Shown piece after piece: positions 7,831-17,342 of a stretch of DNA of 64,000 nt (its first letter is position 1; every line of letters starts with the position of its first letter). The DNA lies in assembly GCA_026989875.1 (NCBI GenBank), contig JALSIP010000051.1, positions 1,161-65,160 of the forward strand, written 5' to 3'. Under the pieces are notes generated by a model, which did not search any database, was not told where the DNA came from, and saw only the letters and a program-made list of their open reading frames with translations. The DNA comes from an archaeon (GTDB lineage Archaea > Hydrothermarchaeota > Hydrothermarchaeia > Hydrothermarchaeales > BMS3B). The position numbers were made by a program, and so were the translations under genes.

Positions 7831-9671
7831 AGATGGTGGCTGAGTACTCCTGGCTGATACCCGTGTTTCCCCTGGCATCCTTTGTGCTCATCCTGCTCTT
7901 CGGCGGCAGGCTCAGAGAGGGTGGCGGGCACCTGGCTGTTGCTGCAGTGGGTGCGAGCATGCTTCTTTCGCTTGCTGTTATCTCGCACGTGGTGCGCTTT
8001 GGCAGCTATGAGAGCAGGGGCATCTCCTGGTTCGGCAGCGAAGCCTTCAGGTTCGGCGTGCTGGTGGACCCGCTGTCTGCGGTGATGCTGTTCGTGGTGA
8101 GCTTCGTGGGCTTCCTGATAGTGGTTTACTCCCTCGGATACATGCACGGCGACCCGGGGGTGCAGCGCTACTATGCCGAGATCTCCCTCTTCATAGCCAG
8201 CATGCTCTCCTTGGTTATAGCCAACAACCTGGTGTTCATGTTCATAAGCTGGGAGCTGGTGGGGCTCTGCTCCTACCTGCTGATAGGCTACTGGTACCGC
8301 AAGCCCAGTGCTGCCAGCGCAGCCAAGAAGGCGTTTCTCGTAACTAGGGTGGGTGACATCCTCTTCTTGGCTGGAATACTGGTGGTCTACAGGGAGTTCG
8401 GCACCCTGAACCTGAGCGAGGTGTTTGAGCTTGCTCCCGGGGTGGCGACAGCCACGCTCACCTTAGCCTCGCTGCTGCTCTTCGGCGGAGCCGTGGGCAA
8501 GAGCGCCCAGTTCCCGCTGCATGTGTGGCTCCCTGACGCCATGGAGGGTCCCACCACCGTCAGCGCCCTCATACATGCTGCGACGATGGTCAAGGCTGGC
8601 GTTTACTTGGTCGCCAGGATGTACCCCCTCTTCACCCCCGAATCCCTGCACGTGGTTGCCTGGATAGGCGGAATAACCGCCTTCATCGCAGCCAGCATGG
8701 CTGTAGTGATGACGGACCTGAAGAGGGTGATAGCCTACTCCACCGTCTCCCACTTGGGCTTCATGACCCTCGCCCTGGGTGTTGGAGGCTACGCCGCGGG
8801 CATCTTCCACCTGCTCAACCACTCCTTCTTCAAGGCGCTGCTCTTCCTGAGCGCGGGCGCTGTGCTGCATGCTGTGCACTCCCAGGACATACGGGACATG
8901 TCAGGGCTGTGGCGCAGGATGCCTGTAACGGGAACCGCCTTCTTCATAGGCGCCTGGTCGCTTTCAGGTCTGCCCCCCTGGAGCGGCTTCTGGAGCAAGG
9001 ACGAAATCATGGCGGCGGTGCACAGCTACAGCACGCCCCTCTTCTGGCTCACCGCGGTTACGGCGCTTCTCAGCGCGGTGTACATCTGGAGGCTGTTCTT
9101 CATAGTCTTCACGGGCAGGGAGAGCGAGCAGGCTAAGCATGCGCATGAAGCACCCTTGGTGATGCGGATACCCCTGATAATCCTCTCCCTGGGTGCGCTC
9201 TTCTCAGGCTTTGTGGTCTTTGCGGGCTTTGGCGAGTTCGTGCAGGGGGCTCTTGAGCATGCCCCCGAGGCAGCAGAGCACGCCTCCGGCAGCGTGATGC
9301 TGCTGAGCATCCTGCTGGCAGCCACTGGCACGGGGCTTGCGGCACTGACCTACTACCGTCCTGTGATTTCAGCCGCGAGGGTGAGGCGTGCCCTCGCCCC
9401 CGTGCACACCCTGCTGGTCAACCGCTACTACTTGGACCACCTGTACTACTTCTTTGCCACACGAGTGGTTGCGGACAGCGCAAGGGCTCTGAGAGGCGTT
9501 GACGAGTTCATAGTTGACGGCACCGTAAACGGCACGGGCAGGGCGGCGGTGTGCTCGGGCAGGAAGCTGCGTCTTCTGCAGAGTGGAGTGGTGCAGGACT
9601 ACGCCTCCTGGGTGCTTGCGGGTGCCTTCCTGCTGCTTGTGATTGCAGGGCTCATAGGAGGTGGTGTGTAG
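7824..9671 (+). CDS. nuoL: complex I-like antiporter-type subunit L
   Basis: 615 aa. Mrp/NuoL family motifs (WLPDAMEGPTTVSALIHAATMV). Confidence 0.9.
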   Translation: MVKMVAEYSWLIPVFPLASFVLILLFGGRLREGGGHLAVAAVGASMLLSLAVISHVVRFGSYESRGISWFGSEAFRFGVLVDPLSAVMLFVVSFVGFLIVVYSLGYMHGDPGVQRYYAEISLFIASMLSLVIANNLVFMFISWELVGLCSYLLIGYWYRKPSAASAAKKAFLVTRVGDILFLAGILVVYREFGTLNLSEVFELAPGVATATLTLASLLLFGGAVGKSAQFPLHVWLPDAMEGPTTVSALIHAATMVKAGVYLVARMYPLFTPESLHVVAWIGGITAFIAASMAVVMTDLKRVIAYSTVSHLGFMTLALGVGGYAAGIFHLLNHSFFKALLFLSAGAVLHAVHSQDIRDMSGLWRRMPVTGTAFFIGAWSLSGLPPWSGFWSKDEIMAAVHSYSTPLFWLTAVTALLSAVYIWRLFFIVFTGRESEQAKHAHEAPLVMRIPLIILSLGALFSGFVVFAGFGEFVQGALEHAPEAAEHASGSVMLLSILLAATGTGLAALTYYRPVISAARVRRALAPVHTLLVNRYYLDHLYYFFATRVVADSARALRGVDEFIVDGTVNGTGRAAVCSGRKLRLLQSGVVQDYASWVLAGAFLLLVIAGLIGGGV

Positions 9672-11116
9672 TGCTCCAGTACCTCATACTCCTGCCGCTT
9701 GCAGGCGCCATCGCGAGCTATTTCGCCGGCAGGCAGAGCAGCTCAGCCCCCAGGATAGTTGCCCTGGCGGTTAGCGTGGCAACCCTCGGCATAGCGGCGG
9801 CGGTGCTCAGAGCTGCTCCAGCCCAGGGGTTCATGAAGGAGCAGCTCAGCCTGAGCTGGATACCCAGCTTAGACATAGGCTTCACCCTCGGTGCTGATGC
9901 CCTGAGCGCGGCGCTGGTGGGGCTGACTGCACTTCTGGTGCTGGTGTCGGTGCTCGCTTCCTGGGATGTGGAGCACCGCTCCGGAAGCTACCACGCCTAC
10001 CTGCTGTGCATGCTTGCAGGTTTGATGGGCGTTTTCACGGCGCTTGACCTGTTCCTCTTCTTCCTGTTCTGGGAGATTGTGCTCATTCCCGCCTTCATGC
10101 TGGTAAACGGCTGGGGTGGAGAGAACAGGAAGTATGCAGCCATGAAGCTGCTCATCTACACCCACCTGGGCAGCCTGCTCATGCTGGTGGGCTTCCTGCT
10201 GATGTATGCACAGACGCACACCTTCTCCATGCTTGAGATGCGCCAGCTTCTCGGCGGAGAGAGCATGGAGTACAGGACGCTGGTGTTCCTGCTGGTTTTC
10301 GCGGGCTTCGCCTTCAAGATTCCCTTAGTGCCCTTCCACTCCTGGCTTCCGGATGCATACTCCCAGGCACCCACACCTGTGACAATCCTGCTTGCGGGGG
10401 TGCTCTCCAAGATGGGTGCCTACGGTCTTGTGAGGGTGGCTCTCGGCATCCTCCCGGCAGAGTTTGCGGTGTTCGCAAAGGCTATAGCGATAATGGCTCT
10501 GGTCACCGTCTTCTATGCAGCATTCTGCGCCCTTGCCCAGAACGAGGTTAAGCGGCTTCTCGCCTTCTCCAGCCTATCCCACATGGGCTTCCTGGTGCTG
10601 GGTGTGGCGAGCCTCTCCTTCATAGGCATGAAGGGCGCCATATTCCAGATGGTCAGCCACGGGCTGATAATAGCGCTGCTCTTCTTCTGCGCGGGCATGC
10701 TGGCGGCGAGGGGCTACGAGCTCAGAATCTCAAGGCTGGGCGGCGTGCTCAGGAGCTCGCCGCTGCTCGGCTGGGTCATAGTGTTTGCCTCCATGGCTTC
10801 TCTCGGGCTTCCGGGGCTGAGCGGCTTCGTGGCTGAGCTCAGCATTCTGCTGGGTCTGTTCCGTGAGTATCCCGTACTGGCGGGCATAGCTGTGCTCTCC
10901 CTCCCCCTGACAGCCGGCTACTACCTGTGGTTCCTGCAGCGCTCAATATACGGGGGCGATGCCGGGCTCAGGAGGAGCGGCGTAACCATGGTGGAGTTCC
11001 TGCCCGTTGCGGTTCTTGTTGCTCTGATAACCCTGCTCGGCGTTTACCCGGCACCCTTCATGGAGCTGGTTGGCAGCATAGCAGGGCAGCTTGTAAATGC
11101 GGTAGGAGGTGGCTGA
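9671..11116 (+). CDS. nuoM: complex I-like antiporter-type subunit M
   Basis: NuoM/ND4 motifs (FHSWLPDAYSQAPTPVT). Start is taken at the GTG overlapping the nuoL stop. The longer ORF from 9551 is rejected as an N-terminal extension. Confidence 0.85.
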   Translation: MLQYLILLPLAGAIASYFAGRQSSSAPRIVALAVSVATLGIAAAVLRAAPAQGFMKEQLSLSWIPSLDIGFTLGADALSAALVGLTALLVLVSVLASWDVEHRSGSYHAYLLCMLAGLMGVFTALDLFLFFLFWEIVLIPAFMLVNGWGGENRKYAAMKLLIYTHLGSLLMLVGFLLMYAQTHTFSMLEMRQLLGGESMEYRTLVFLLVFAGFAFKIPLVPFHSWLPDAYSQAPTPVTILLAGVLSKMGAYGLVRVALGILPAEFAVFAKAIAIMALVTVFYAAFCALAQNEVKRLLAFSSLSHMGFLVLGVASLSFIGMKGAIFQMVSHGLIIALLFFCAGMLAARGYELRISRLGGVLRSSPLLGWVIVFASMASLGLPGLSGFVAELSILLGLFREYPVLAGIAVLSLPLTAGYYLWFLQRSIYGGDAGLRRSGVTMVEFLPVAVLVALITLLGVYPAPFMELVGSIAGQLVNAVGGG

Positions 11117-12560
11117 AGTGCTGGCGGAGCTTCTTCCGGAGATTCTGCTGATAGGTGCGGCGCTGCTGCTGGTGCTACTCCAGGGCTTCTGCGGCAGGGA
11201 TGCCTGCGCAAAGCTTTCTGGCTACATCTCCTTAGCCGCATGCGGGGGCGCGCTGCTGCTGGTGTCCCTGCACTCTGGAGCGGGTGTTGAGCGCGTGCTC
11301 ATCCCTGAGATAATAAAGCTGGACGCCTTCAGCCTGTTCTTCAAGCTTCTCTTCCTCACCCTGAGCTTCCTGGTGATTCTGGGGTCTCTTGATGCGGTGA
11401 AGCGCTACAGGATGGGCGGCGAGTACTACACCATGCTGCTCTTCACCACCTTCGGCATGCTCATAGCAAGCATGGCGGTTGACCTGGCGGTGCTCTACAT
11501 AGCCGTGGAGCTTGCCACCATCTCAACCTTTGCGCTCGCCGCCTTCAGAAAGGACCGCCAGGGAGCAGAGGCTGGTGTGAAGTACTTCGTGATAGGTGCG
11601 CTCTCCTCGGCGCTGGTGCTCTTCGGCATATCCCTGCTCTACGGCATCGCCGGGAGCACCTCCCTCACCGCCATAGCGGAGGCGCTCGGAAGCTCCTCCG
11701 GTCCGGTGGCAAGCCTGGCGGTGGTCTTCCTCATCGCAGGCTTCGGCTACAAGATTGCGGCGGTGCCCTTCCACATGTGGGCGCCGGACACCTACCAGGG
11801 TGCACCCTCCACCGTCACCGCCTTCCTGGCGGGAGCCACAAAGAAGATGGCGTTCCTGGCGCTCATGCGCATCTTCATCGTGGCGCTCCCCGGGCTGGTG
11901 GAGAGCTGGGCGATGCTGTTTGCGGTGCTCGCGGTGCTCACCATGACCGTAGGCAACCTGGTGGCGCTGGTGCAGAGCAACATAAAGCGCATGCTCGCCT
12001 ACTCCAGCGTTGCCCAGGCAGGCTACGTGCTTGTGGCCTTTGCGGTGCTCTCCTCAAAGGCTGACCTCACCCTCGCCGCGGGGGCGGCGCTGCTGCACAT
12101 GTTCGTGCACGCCATAATGAAGGGCGGCGCCTTCCTGGCGGTGGCGGCGGCGGGCTCGGCAATCGCCGGCAGGGATATCTCCGACTTTGCCGGGCTTGGC
12201 AGGCGCATGCCGGTGACAGCCTTCACCCTGAGCATATTCCTGCTCTCCCTGGCGGGGATACCCTTCTTTGCCGGCTTCGTGAGCAAGTTCCTGATACTCA
12301 TGGCGAGCGTGAGCGCTGGCGGTGCCTACATAGCCCTGGGCGTGCTCCTGGTAATAAACAGCGTCATCTCCCTCTACTACTATGCTAAGGTGATAAGGGT
12401 GATGTACTTTGAGGGAGGGGAGGTGCACAGAGCAGAGGAGCCCGTGATGCTGGTTGCGGCGCTGGTGGTCTCAGCGATAATCGTGCTCTACGTGGGCATC
12501 TTCCCGGAATCTGCAATACAGCTGGCGAAGAGCAGCGCAGCCTCCCTCTTCACCCCCTGA
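11109..12560 (+). CDS. nuoN: complex I-like antiporter-type subunit N
   Basis: 483 aa. NuoN/ND2 motifs (FHMWAPDTYQGAPSTVTAFLA). Confidence 0.85.
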   Translation: MAEVLAELLPEILLIGAALLLVLLQGFCGRDACAKLSGYISLAACGGALLLVSLHSGAGVERVLIPEIIKLDAFSLFFKLLFLTLSFLVILGSLDAVKRYRMGGEYYTMLLFTTFGMLIASMAVDLAVLYIAVELATISTFALAAFRKDRQGAEAGVKYFVIGALSSALVLFGISLLYGIAGSTSLTAIAEALGSSSGPVASLAVVFLIAGFGYKIAAVPFHMWAPDTYQGAPSTVTAFLAGATKKMAFLALMRIFIVALPGLVESWAMLFAVLAVLTMTVGNLVALVQSNIKRMLAYSSVAQAGYVLVAFAVLSSKADLTLAAGAALLHMFVHAIMKGGAFLAVAAAGSAIAGRDISDFAGLGRRMPVTAFTLSIFLLSLAGIPFFAGFVSKFLILMASVSAGGAYIALGVLLVINSVISLYYYAKVIRVMYFEGGEVHRAEEPVMLVAALVVSAIIVLYVGIFPESAIQLAKSSAASLFTP

Positions 12561-13113
12561 GCTTCAGCACCGCCCTGGCAAGCAGCCTCGCGGTCTTCAG
12601 GGGCTCGGGCACGGCACCCTGCAGGGTGAAGCGGTCCAGCAGCCTCTTCACCTCTTCCAGCTCCGCGCCCGCAAACCTCACGAACACCCTGTAGCCGGTG
12701 CCAAGCTCCACGCTCACCCTGCTGCCGAGCCTTCTGTAGGCGCTGAGCCTGCGCTCAGCCTGCTCCCGCTCTCTCAGGAACCTCTCAATCCCGGGGCTGT
12801 CCTCGTAGCTCACGCACACCACGGGCAGGGAGGTTGCAAGGTGGACCTCCTCAAGCTCAACGATGTTGAACATGCTAATTATGCATCCGTTGAGCATTAT
12901 TGCATTGATGTCCCTGCGTCCGAGCGACTCAAAAAGCTCAATCACCGCATCTGTGGCGTCCATGCCTCCGACGGTGACCTCGCCGAGGGCGAAGCCATCA
13001 ATCTGCAGGTCTGCCCGCATGACCACGCCTGCAAGTGCCGCCTTCTCTGAGTTCTTTCTGAAGCTCTCAGCCACTCCCAGCACCCTGATACCCGGCTTCA
13101 GCCTGAGGCGCAT
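12550..13113 (-). CDS. DUF99/UPF0215 family protein (putative nuclease-like)
   Basis: 187 aa. N-terminal KPGIRVLGVAESF and the central motif resemble the archaeal UPF0215 (DUF99) family. The start lies 47 nt inside the 3' end of rad50. Confidence 0.55.
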   Translation of the reverse strand: MRLRLKPGIRVLGVAESFRKNSEKAALAGVVMRADLQIDGFALGEVTVGGMDATDAVIELFESLGRRDINAIMLNGCIISMFNIVELEEVHLATSLPVVCVSYEDSPGIERFLREREQAERRLSAYRRLGSRVSVELGTGYRVFVRFAGAELEEVKRLLDRFTLQGAVPEPLKTARLLARAVLKLRG

Positions 13114-15448
13114 TCACCCGCACCCTTGACACTCCGTTTTTCTTCTCCACCACAATCAGCACATCCGCCGCCTGCTCAAACTCCCAGTCGTGGGTCACCA
13201 CCACGGTCTGGGGCACTGCTGAAAGCTTCCTCACCACCTCCACCAGCTCCTGCCTGCGCTGCACGTCCAGGTGCACCGTGGGCTCGTCCAGCATTATGAG
13301 CTCCATTGCACCCCCAGCAAGCGCTCTGGCTATGCCCAGCCTCAGCGCCAGGGCTAAGGCAACCCTCTCGCCGCCGCTCAGCATGTCAGTGCTCACCATG
13401 CCCAGAGGTCCGTAAAGGGTGACGCTCAGGTCGTCTGAGAGCATCAGCTCGGTGTAGGGCAGGTTGAACTCCTGAAAAATCTCCCGGGTGTGCTGCTCAA
13501 TCAGCGGCATGGCTGCTTCTCTGAGCTCCCTCTGCAGGCAGTCCCTGCTGAACGCCTGGCGAATCTCAGCCAGCAGCTCTATGAACCTCTCAAGTTTCCT
13601 CCTCTCTTCAGCCTTTGAGCGCAGCTCTCCCAGCCTCTCCTCCACCGCCTTCCTCTCCTCCTTCCTGCTGTTGAGCTCCCCCCTGCACTTCCAGATGCTT
13701 CTCTCCAGCTCCCTCAGGCTCCTCTCCGCCTTCTCGCACCTGCTCACAAGGGCGCTCCTGCTCCTCTCCGGCTCCTCGCCCAGCCTCTCCTTCACAGCTT
13801 CAAGCTCCCTCCTGAGGGCATCAGCCTCCCCGGCTAAGCGTTTCAGCCTGTGCTCAATCTCCCTCTTCCTGCCTCCGTAGCGCCTCAGGTACTCCTGGGC
13901 GCTCACGTACCTGCTGTGCGCCTCCTCAAGAGCCTCAATCTCAGCCTCAAGCTTTCTGCGCTGCTCCATCAGCCTCTCAAGCCCCCCGGTGTCTCTTCTG
14001 AGCCTTTCCGCCTCCTTCTCCATATCTTTCACTCTGGTGCTCAGGCTTTCAATCTCCTCAGTGAGCCTCTGAACCTCCTGCACACGGACGCTCATACCCG
14101 CAAGCCTCTTCTCCCGCCTTCTCAGGTACCTCTCCTCCTCCATGCAGCTCTCAAGCTTTCTCCTCCACCTCTCCTCCATCTCCTCAGCATCTCCAATCTT
14201 CTTCAGGTAGCCCTGCGTGAGCTCCTCACGCTTAGCCTCGTCAATCCTGCTCCAGCACAGGGGGCATCTGCTGCCCGCCTGCTCCAGCTCCCTCAGCCTC
14301 TCTGCCAGCTCCCTCTTCTTGGTGCGAGCCTCTGCCACCCTGCGCTCGCACTCCCCCTTCTCCTGCTCCAGCTCCCTCAGCCTCTCTGCCAGCTCCTCCA
14401 TTTTCCTCTCCGCAGCCTTTCTGAACCCTTCGGCGCTCTCCACCCTCACTCCCAGAGCCTCAGATGCCTCCCTCAGTATCCCCATCACCTCCTCCTGCTT
14501 GCGCAGCACATCACCCCTGTATCTCTTCGCATGCTCTTCAATGCTCACCATGCGCGACCTCTTCTCACCCAGCTCCCTTATTCTCGCATCCAGCTCCTTT
14601 GCCTGCTTCTCAGCCTCACGGAATCTGCGCTCCTCATCCTCAAGCCTCATGAGAGTCTGCTCGTACTCCCTTATTCTTCTCAGCTCCTCCTCAGCTCCTT
14701 TCGTCTCGGCTTCAGCCTTCTCAAGTCTCAGCTTCAGCCTGCAGCCTCTCTCTGCCAGCTCCCTCAGCGACCTCAGGGATTCAAGCTCCTCCTCAGCCTT
14801 CTGCTTCTGAGCCTCAAGCACTCTGAGCCTGTCCTCCATCGCCCTTATCTCCCTCCCCAGCACCTCTGCCTTCTTCTCCGCATTCTCAATCTCTCCGTCC
14901 ACCCACCCCAGCTCAGCCAGCTTAGACTCAAAAGCCCTGATAACCTCCCTCATTCTCTCGTAAGCCTGCTCAATACGCTCTATGCCCAGGAGCTTCGCGA
15001 GCATCCGCTTTCTCACCGCGGGGTCATCTGAAAGCAAGGCGTCAATCTCTCCCTGCTGGATGTAAACAGCGCTCTTGAACAGCTTTGCATTCATCCCCGT
15101 AAGCCTCTCAATCTCCTCCGTCACCCTCCTGTCCTGCTCCAGAATGCCACTGCCCTCGCAGTAAAGCCTGCTCCCGCTCCTCGTCCCCGAGCTTCTCACC
15201 ACCCTGTACCTCCTGCCACCGCACAGGAAGCTCACCGAAACCTCCATGCTCTCCTGTCCCCGTGTTATCAGCTCGGCTATGTTGACGCCCCTCGGCTTGT
15301 CCTTGAAGAGCGCAAAGCTTATCGCCTCCAGCAGCGAGCTCTTGCCCGAGCCGTTCTCTCCAACTATGACGCTTATCCCCTCACCCAGCCTGAGCACGGT
15401 GTCACGGTGGGATTTGAAGTTCCTCAGCCTGAGCTCCTCCACCATCAT
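13067..15448 (-). CDS. rad50: DNA double-strand break repair ATPase Rad50
   Basis: N-terminal Walker A (GENGSGKSS), a long coiled coil with a zinc hook CPLCWSRID, a C-terminal signature motif (LSGGER) and Walker B/D-loop (LIMLDEPTVHLD). The ATGA start overlaps the mre11 stop. Confidence 0.9.
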   Translation of the reverse strand: MMVEELRLRNFKSHRDTVLRLGEGISVIVGENGSGKSSLLEAISFALFKDKPRGVNIAELITRGQESMEVSVSFLCGGRRYRVVRSSGTRSGSRLYCEGSGILEQDRRVTEEIERLTGMNAKLFKSAVYIQQGEIDALLSDDPAVRKRMLAKLLGIERIEQAYERMREVIRAFESKLAELGWVDGEIENAEKKAEVLGREIRAMEDRLRVLEAQKQKAEEELESLRSLRELAERGCRLKLRLEKAEAETKGAEEELRRIREYEQTLMRLEDEERRFREAEKQAKELDARIRELGEKRSRMVSIEEHAKRYRGDVLRKQEEVMGILREASEALGVRVESAEGFRKAAERKMEELAERLRELEQEKGECERRVAEARTKKRELAERLRELEQAGSRCPLCWSRIDEAKREELTQGYLKKIGDAEEMEERWRRKLESCMEEERYLRRREKRLAGMSVRVQEVQRLTEEIESLSTRVKDMEKEAERLRRDTGGLERLMEQRRKLEAEIEALEEAHSRYVSAQEYLRRYGGRKREIEHRLKRLAGEADALRRELEAVKERLGEEPERSRSALVSRCEKAERSLRELERSIWKCRGELNSRKEERKAVEERLGELRSKAEERRKLERFIELLAEIRQAFSRDCLQRELREAAMPLIEQHTREIFQEFNLPYTELMLSDDLSVTLYGPLGMVSTDMLSGGERVALALALRLGIARALAGGAMELIMLDEPTVHLDVQRRQELVEVVRKLSAVPQTVVVTHDWEFEQAADVLIVVEKKNGVSRVRVNAPQAEAGYQGAGSG

Positions 15449-16560
15449 CTCCCACCACCCCACCTTCTGCTGAAGAACTCCTCCGCAACCTTTACCGCAT
15501 CCTCGGTTCTTCCATCCTCTAAGAGCCTCAGGAGCTCGGCGGCAAAGCTTCGCTCTGCCTCGCTGCGCTCCCTGAGGTAGCTGCCGAGAAGCTCGTAAAC
15601 GTCCAGCCCCTTAGCCGGCGACGCTCTCCGCTCTTCCTCCTGACTCAGTCTGCGCACATCCACATAAAGCACTCTGTCTGCAAGCCGCCTCATCACCTCC
15701 GAGTATAGCCTCTGAAAGCTCTCAGTCCTGCACTGCAGCTCAAGCCTCACCACGGGCTTGCCGTCGCCAGGCTCTGGAAGCGCCTCCAGCTCCTCTTCGG
15801 AGCTCACCCTGAGCTTCACAAACCTGCGCACGCTCCTGAGCTTCACCCACTCCACCTCCTCCGGCTCCTTCGCCTCTGTGTCAGCCAGGTAGAATCCCTT
15901 GCCCATCTTCTCGTACACTTCAATTTCGTCGCCTCTCCACACCTCAGTTGAGCCTGGATATGCCACGATTCCGCCGGCATAGCTGTCCAGCAGGGGCTTG
16001 TGCACGTGCCCCAGGGCGTAGTAGCTGAATCCCGCGGGCAGCTCGTTCATCCTGAGCTCGTAACCCACACCCAAGTAGCGGTCTATTCCCTGGTGGAGCA
16101 GGAGCACGCTTCTCCTGTGCCTCTCTGCCAGCTTCTCCAGCTCCGCCAGCCTCTCCAGCAGCACCCTGCTGTGGAGCTTTGAGAAGTAGGGCAGACCCGC
16201 TATCAGCACGTCTCCGTGCACCCTGGCGGGCTTTTTCGGTGTAAGAAACTCCATCTCGGGGTACAGCCTGTGGGGCGGCACAGCTCCGCTTCGCATCAGC
16301 AGGTCGTGGTTGCCGGCGATGCAGTAGAACTTTATGCCCTCTTCCCTCAGCCTCTCCAGCTCCTCCCGCACCACCACCAGCGCCTTGACATGGGGGCGGG
16401 GCTCGTCAAACAGGTCGCCGCTGTGCACCACAAACCTGCACCCCTCGTCTATTATCCTGTCAACTGCCTCGCGGAAACTCCTGTAGAAGTCCTCCTCCCG
16501 CTCGTCCAGGTTGTACTGCCTGTAGCCCAGGTGGGTGTCTGCAATGTGCGCAAACAGCAT
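15445..16560 (-). CDS. mre11: DNA repair nuclease Mre11 (calcineurin-like phosphoesterase)
   Basis: Phosphoesterase motifs I-V (HIADTHLG, HSGDLFD, GNHD, GHVH) and Mre11 length. It is directly upstream of rad50. Confidence 0.9.
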   Translation of the reverse strand: MLFAHIADTHLGYRQYNLDEREEDFYRSFREAVDRIIDEGCRFVVHSGDLFDEPRPHVKALVVVREELERLREEGIKFYCIAGNHDLLMRSGAVPPHRLYPEMEFLTPKKPARVHGDVLIAGLPYFSKLHSRVLLERLAELEKLAERHRRSVLLLHQGIDRYLGVGYELRMNELPAGFSYYALGHVHKPLLDSYAGGIVAYPGSTEVWRGDEIEVYEKMGKGFYLADTEAKEPEEVEWVKLRSVRRFVKLRVSSEEELEALPEPGDGKPVVRLELQCRTESFQRLYSEVMRRLADRVLYVDVRRLSQEEERRASPAKGLDVYELLGSYLRERSEAERSFAAELLRLLEDGRTEDAVKVAEEFFSRRWGGGR

Positions 16561-16571
16561 GAAGCTAAGCT

Positions 16572-17342
16572 TTACTCCGCGGAGGTATTAAGATTTTCCT
16601 GTACGAAGGTGGCGTTGGTTACGAGCACCCTGAAGACTGTGTGGTAGCCTATGTCCACGTTTCTCTCCACCACGCCCTCAGCGATGACAACCTCACCCTC
16701 CACCACGCCGGCGCTGCTGCTGGTGAAGATCAGCTCGCTTCCCTCCGGAGCGGAGGTGCCGTCCTGCAGGTGCACCCAGGTGAGGTTCATTATTCCCGGC
16801 AGCACCTTTGTTACAACACCCCTCACCCTCACCACCCTGCCCTCAAGGTCTCCAGCTTTCTGGAGAACCTCAGCCACGGTGTAGCCGTCTTCAAGCTTCG
16901 GGACGCTGGTGTTGAAGGGAAGCTCCTCAATCAGCGAGTCGCTCATCAGCATCACCTCAAGGGTTCTGTTCAGCGCCCCGGCAGAGAAGTCCAGCATCAC
17001 CAGAGCGCCGCTCAGGTTGAGGCGCATGCCCTCCTTAACCGCAGCCCTGGGTCCTGCCACCCAGATGCTGGCGTTCCCGTCTCCCAGCTTCACGTAGGTG
17101 TAGCCCCCTGCCTGAACCACCTGCTCAGCCACACCCGAGGTGCTCACGAGCGTGCCCTCAAGCGCCTGCCCCTGTGCCAGTATCTCGGCAATGCTCAGCT
17201 CCTGTATCTCCGGTGCTATGTCCTGAGCACCTCCGGGCATATTCATCTCGTCCTCAATGCTCAGGTACCTCACCGGCTTTTCAGAGCTCTGGGTGCAGGC
17301 TGAGGCGAGCAGCACGAGCACCAGCAGCATAAAGCCTCTCAA
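16572..17342 (-). CDS. exported (signal peptide/lipobox-like) protein with two tandem OB-fold (BOF/YgiW-like) domains and about seven N-glycosylation sequons
   Basis: N-terminal MRGFMLLVLVLLASAC signal. There are two repeats of the type V.E.L..G...G..V.V.G.V...L.....W..LqDGT. Sequons NAS, NLS, NRT, NTS, NLT, NAT and NTS are present. Confidence 0.55.
   Translation of the reverse strand: MRGFMLLVLVLLASACTQSSEKPVRYLSIEDEMNMPGGAQDIAPEIQELSIAEILAQGQALEGTLVSTSGVAEQVVQAGGYTYVKLGDGNASIWVAGPRAAVKEGMRLNLSGALVMLDFSAGALNRTLEVMLMSDSLIEELPFNTSVPKLEDGYTVAEVLQKAGDLEGRVVRVRGVVTKVLPGIMNLTWVHLQDGTSAPEGSELIFTSSSAGVVEGEVVIAEGVVERNVDIGYHTVFRVLVTNATFVQENLNTSAE

Noticed and set aside
9551-9670. N-terminal 40-codon extension of the nuoM ORF
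   Set aside because: It lies inside the nuoL 3' end. NuoM homology starts at the GTG at 9671.
13488-15031. Long plus-strand ORFs (130, 393 and 197 aa) rich in Leu/Ser/Pro
   Set aside because: They are antisense to the rad50 coiled-coil region. Their low-complexity composition arises from the complement of Glu/Arg/Leu codons. There is no independent support.
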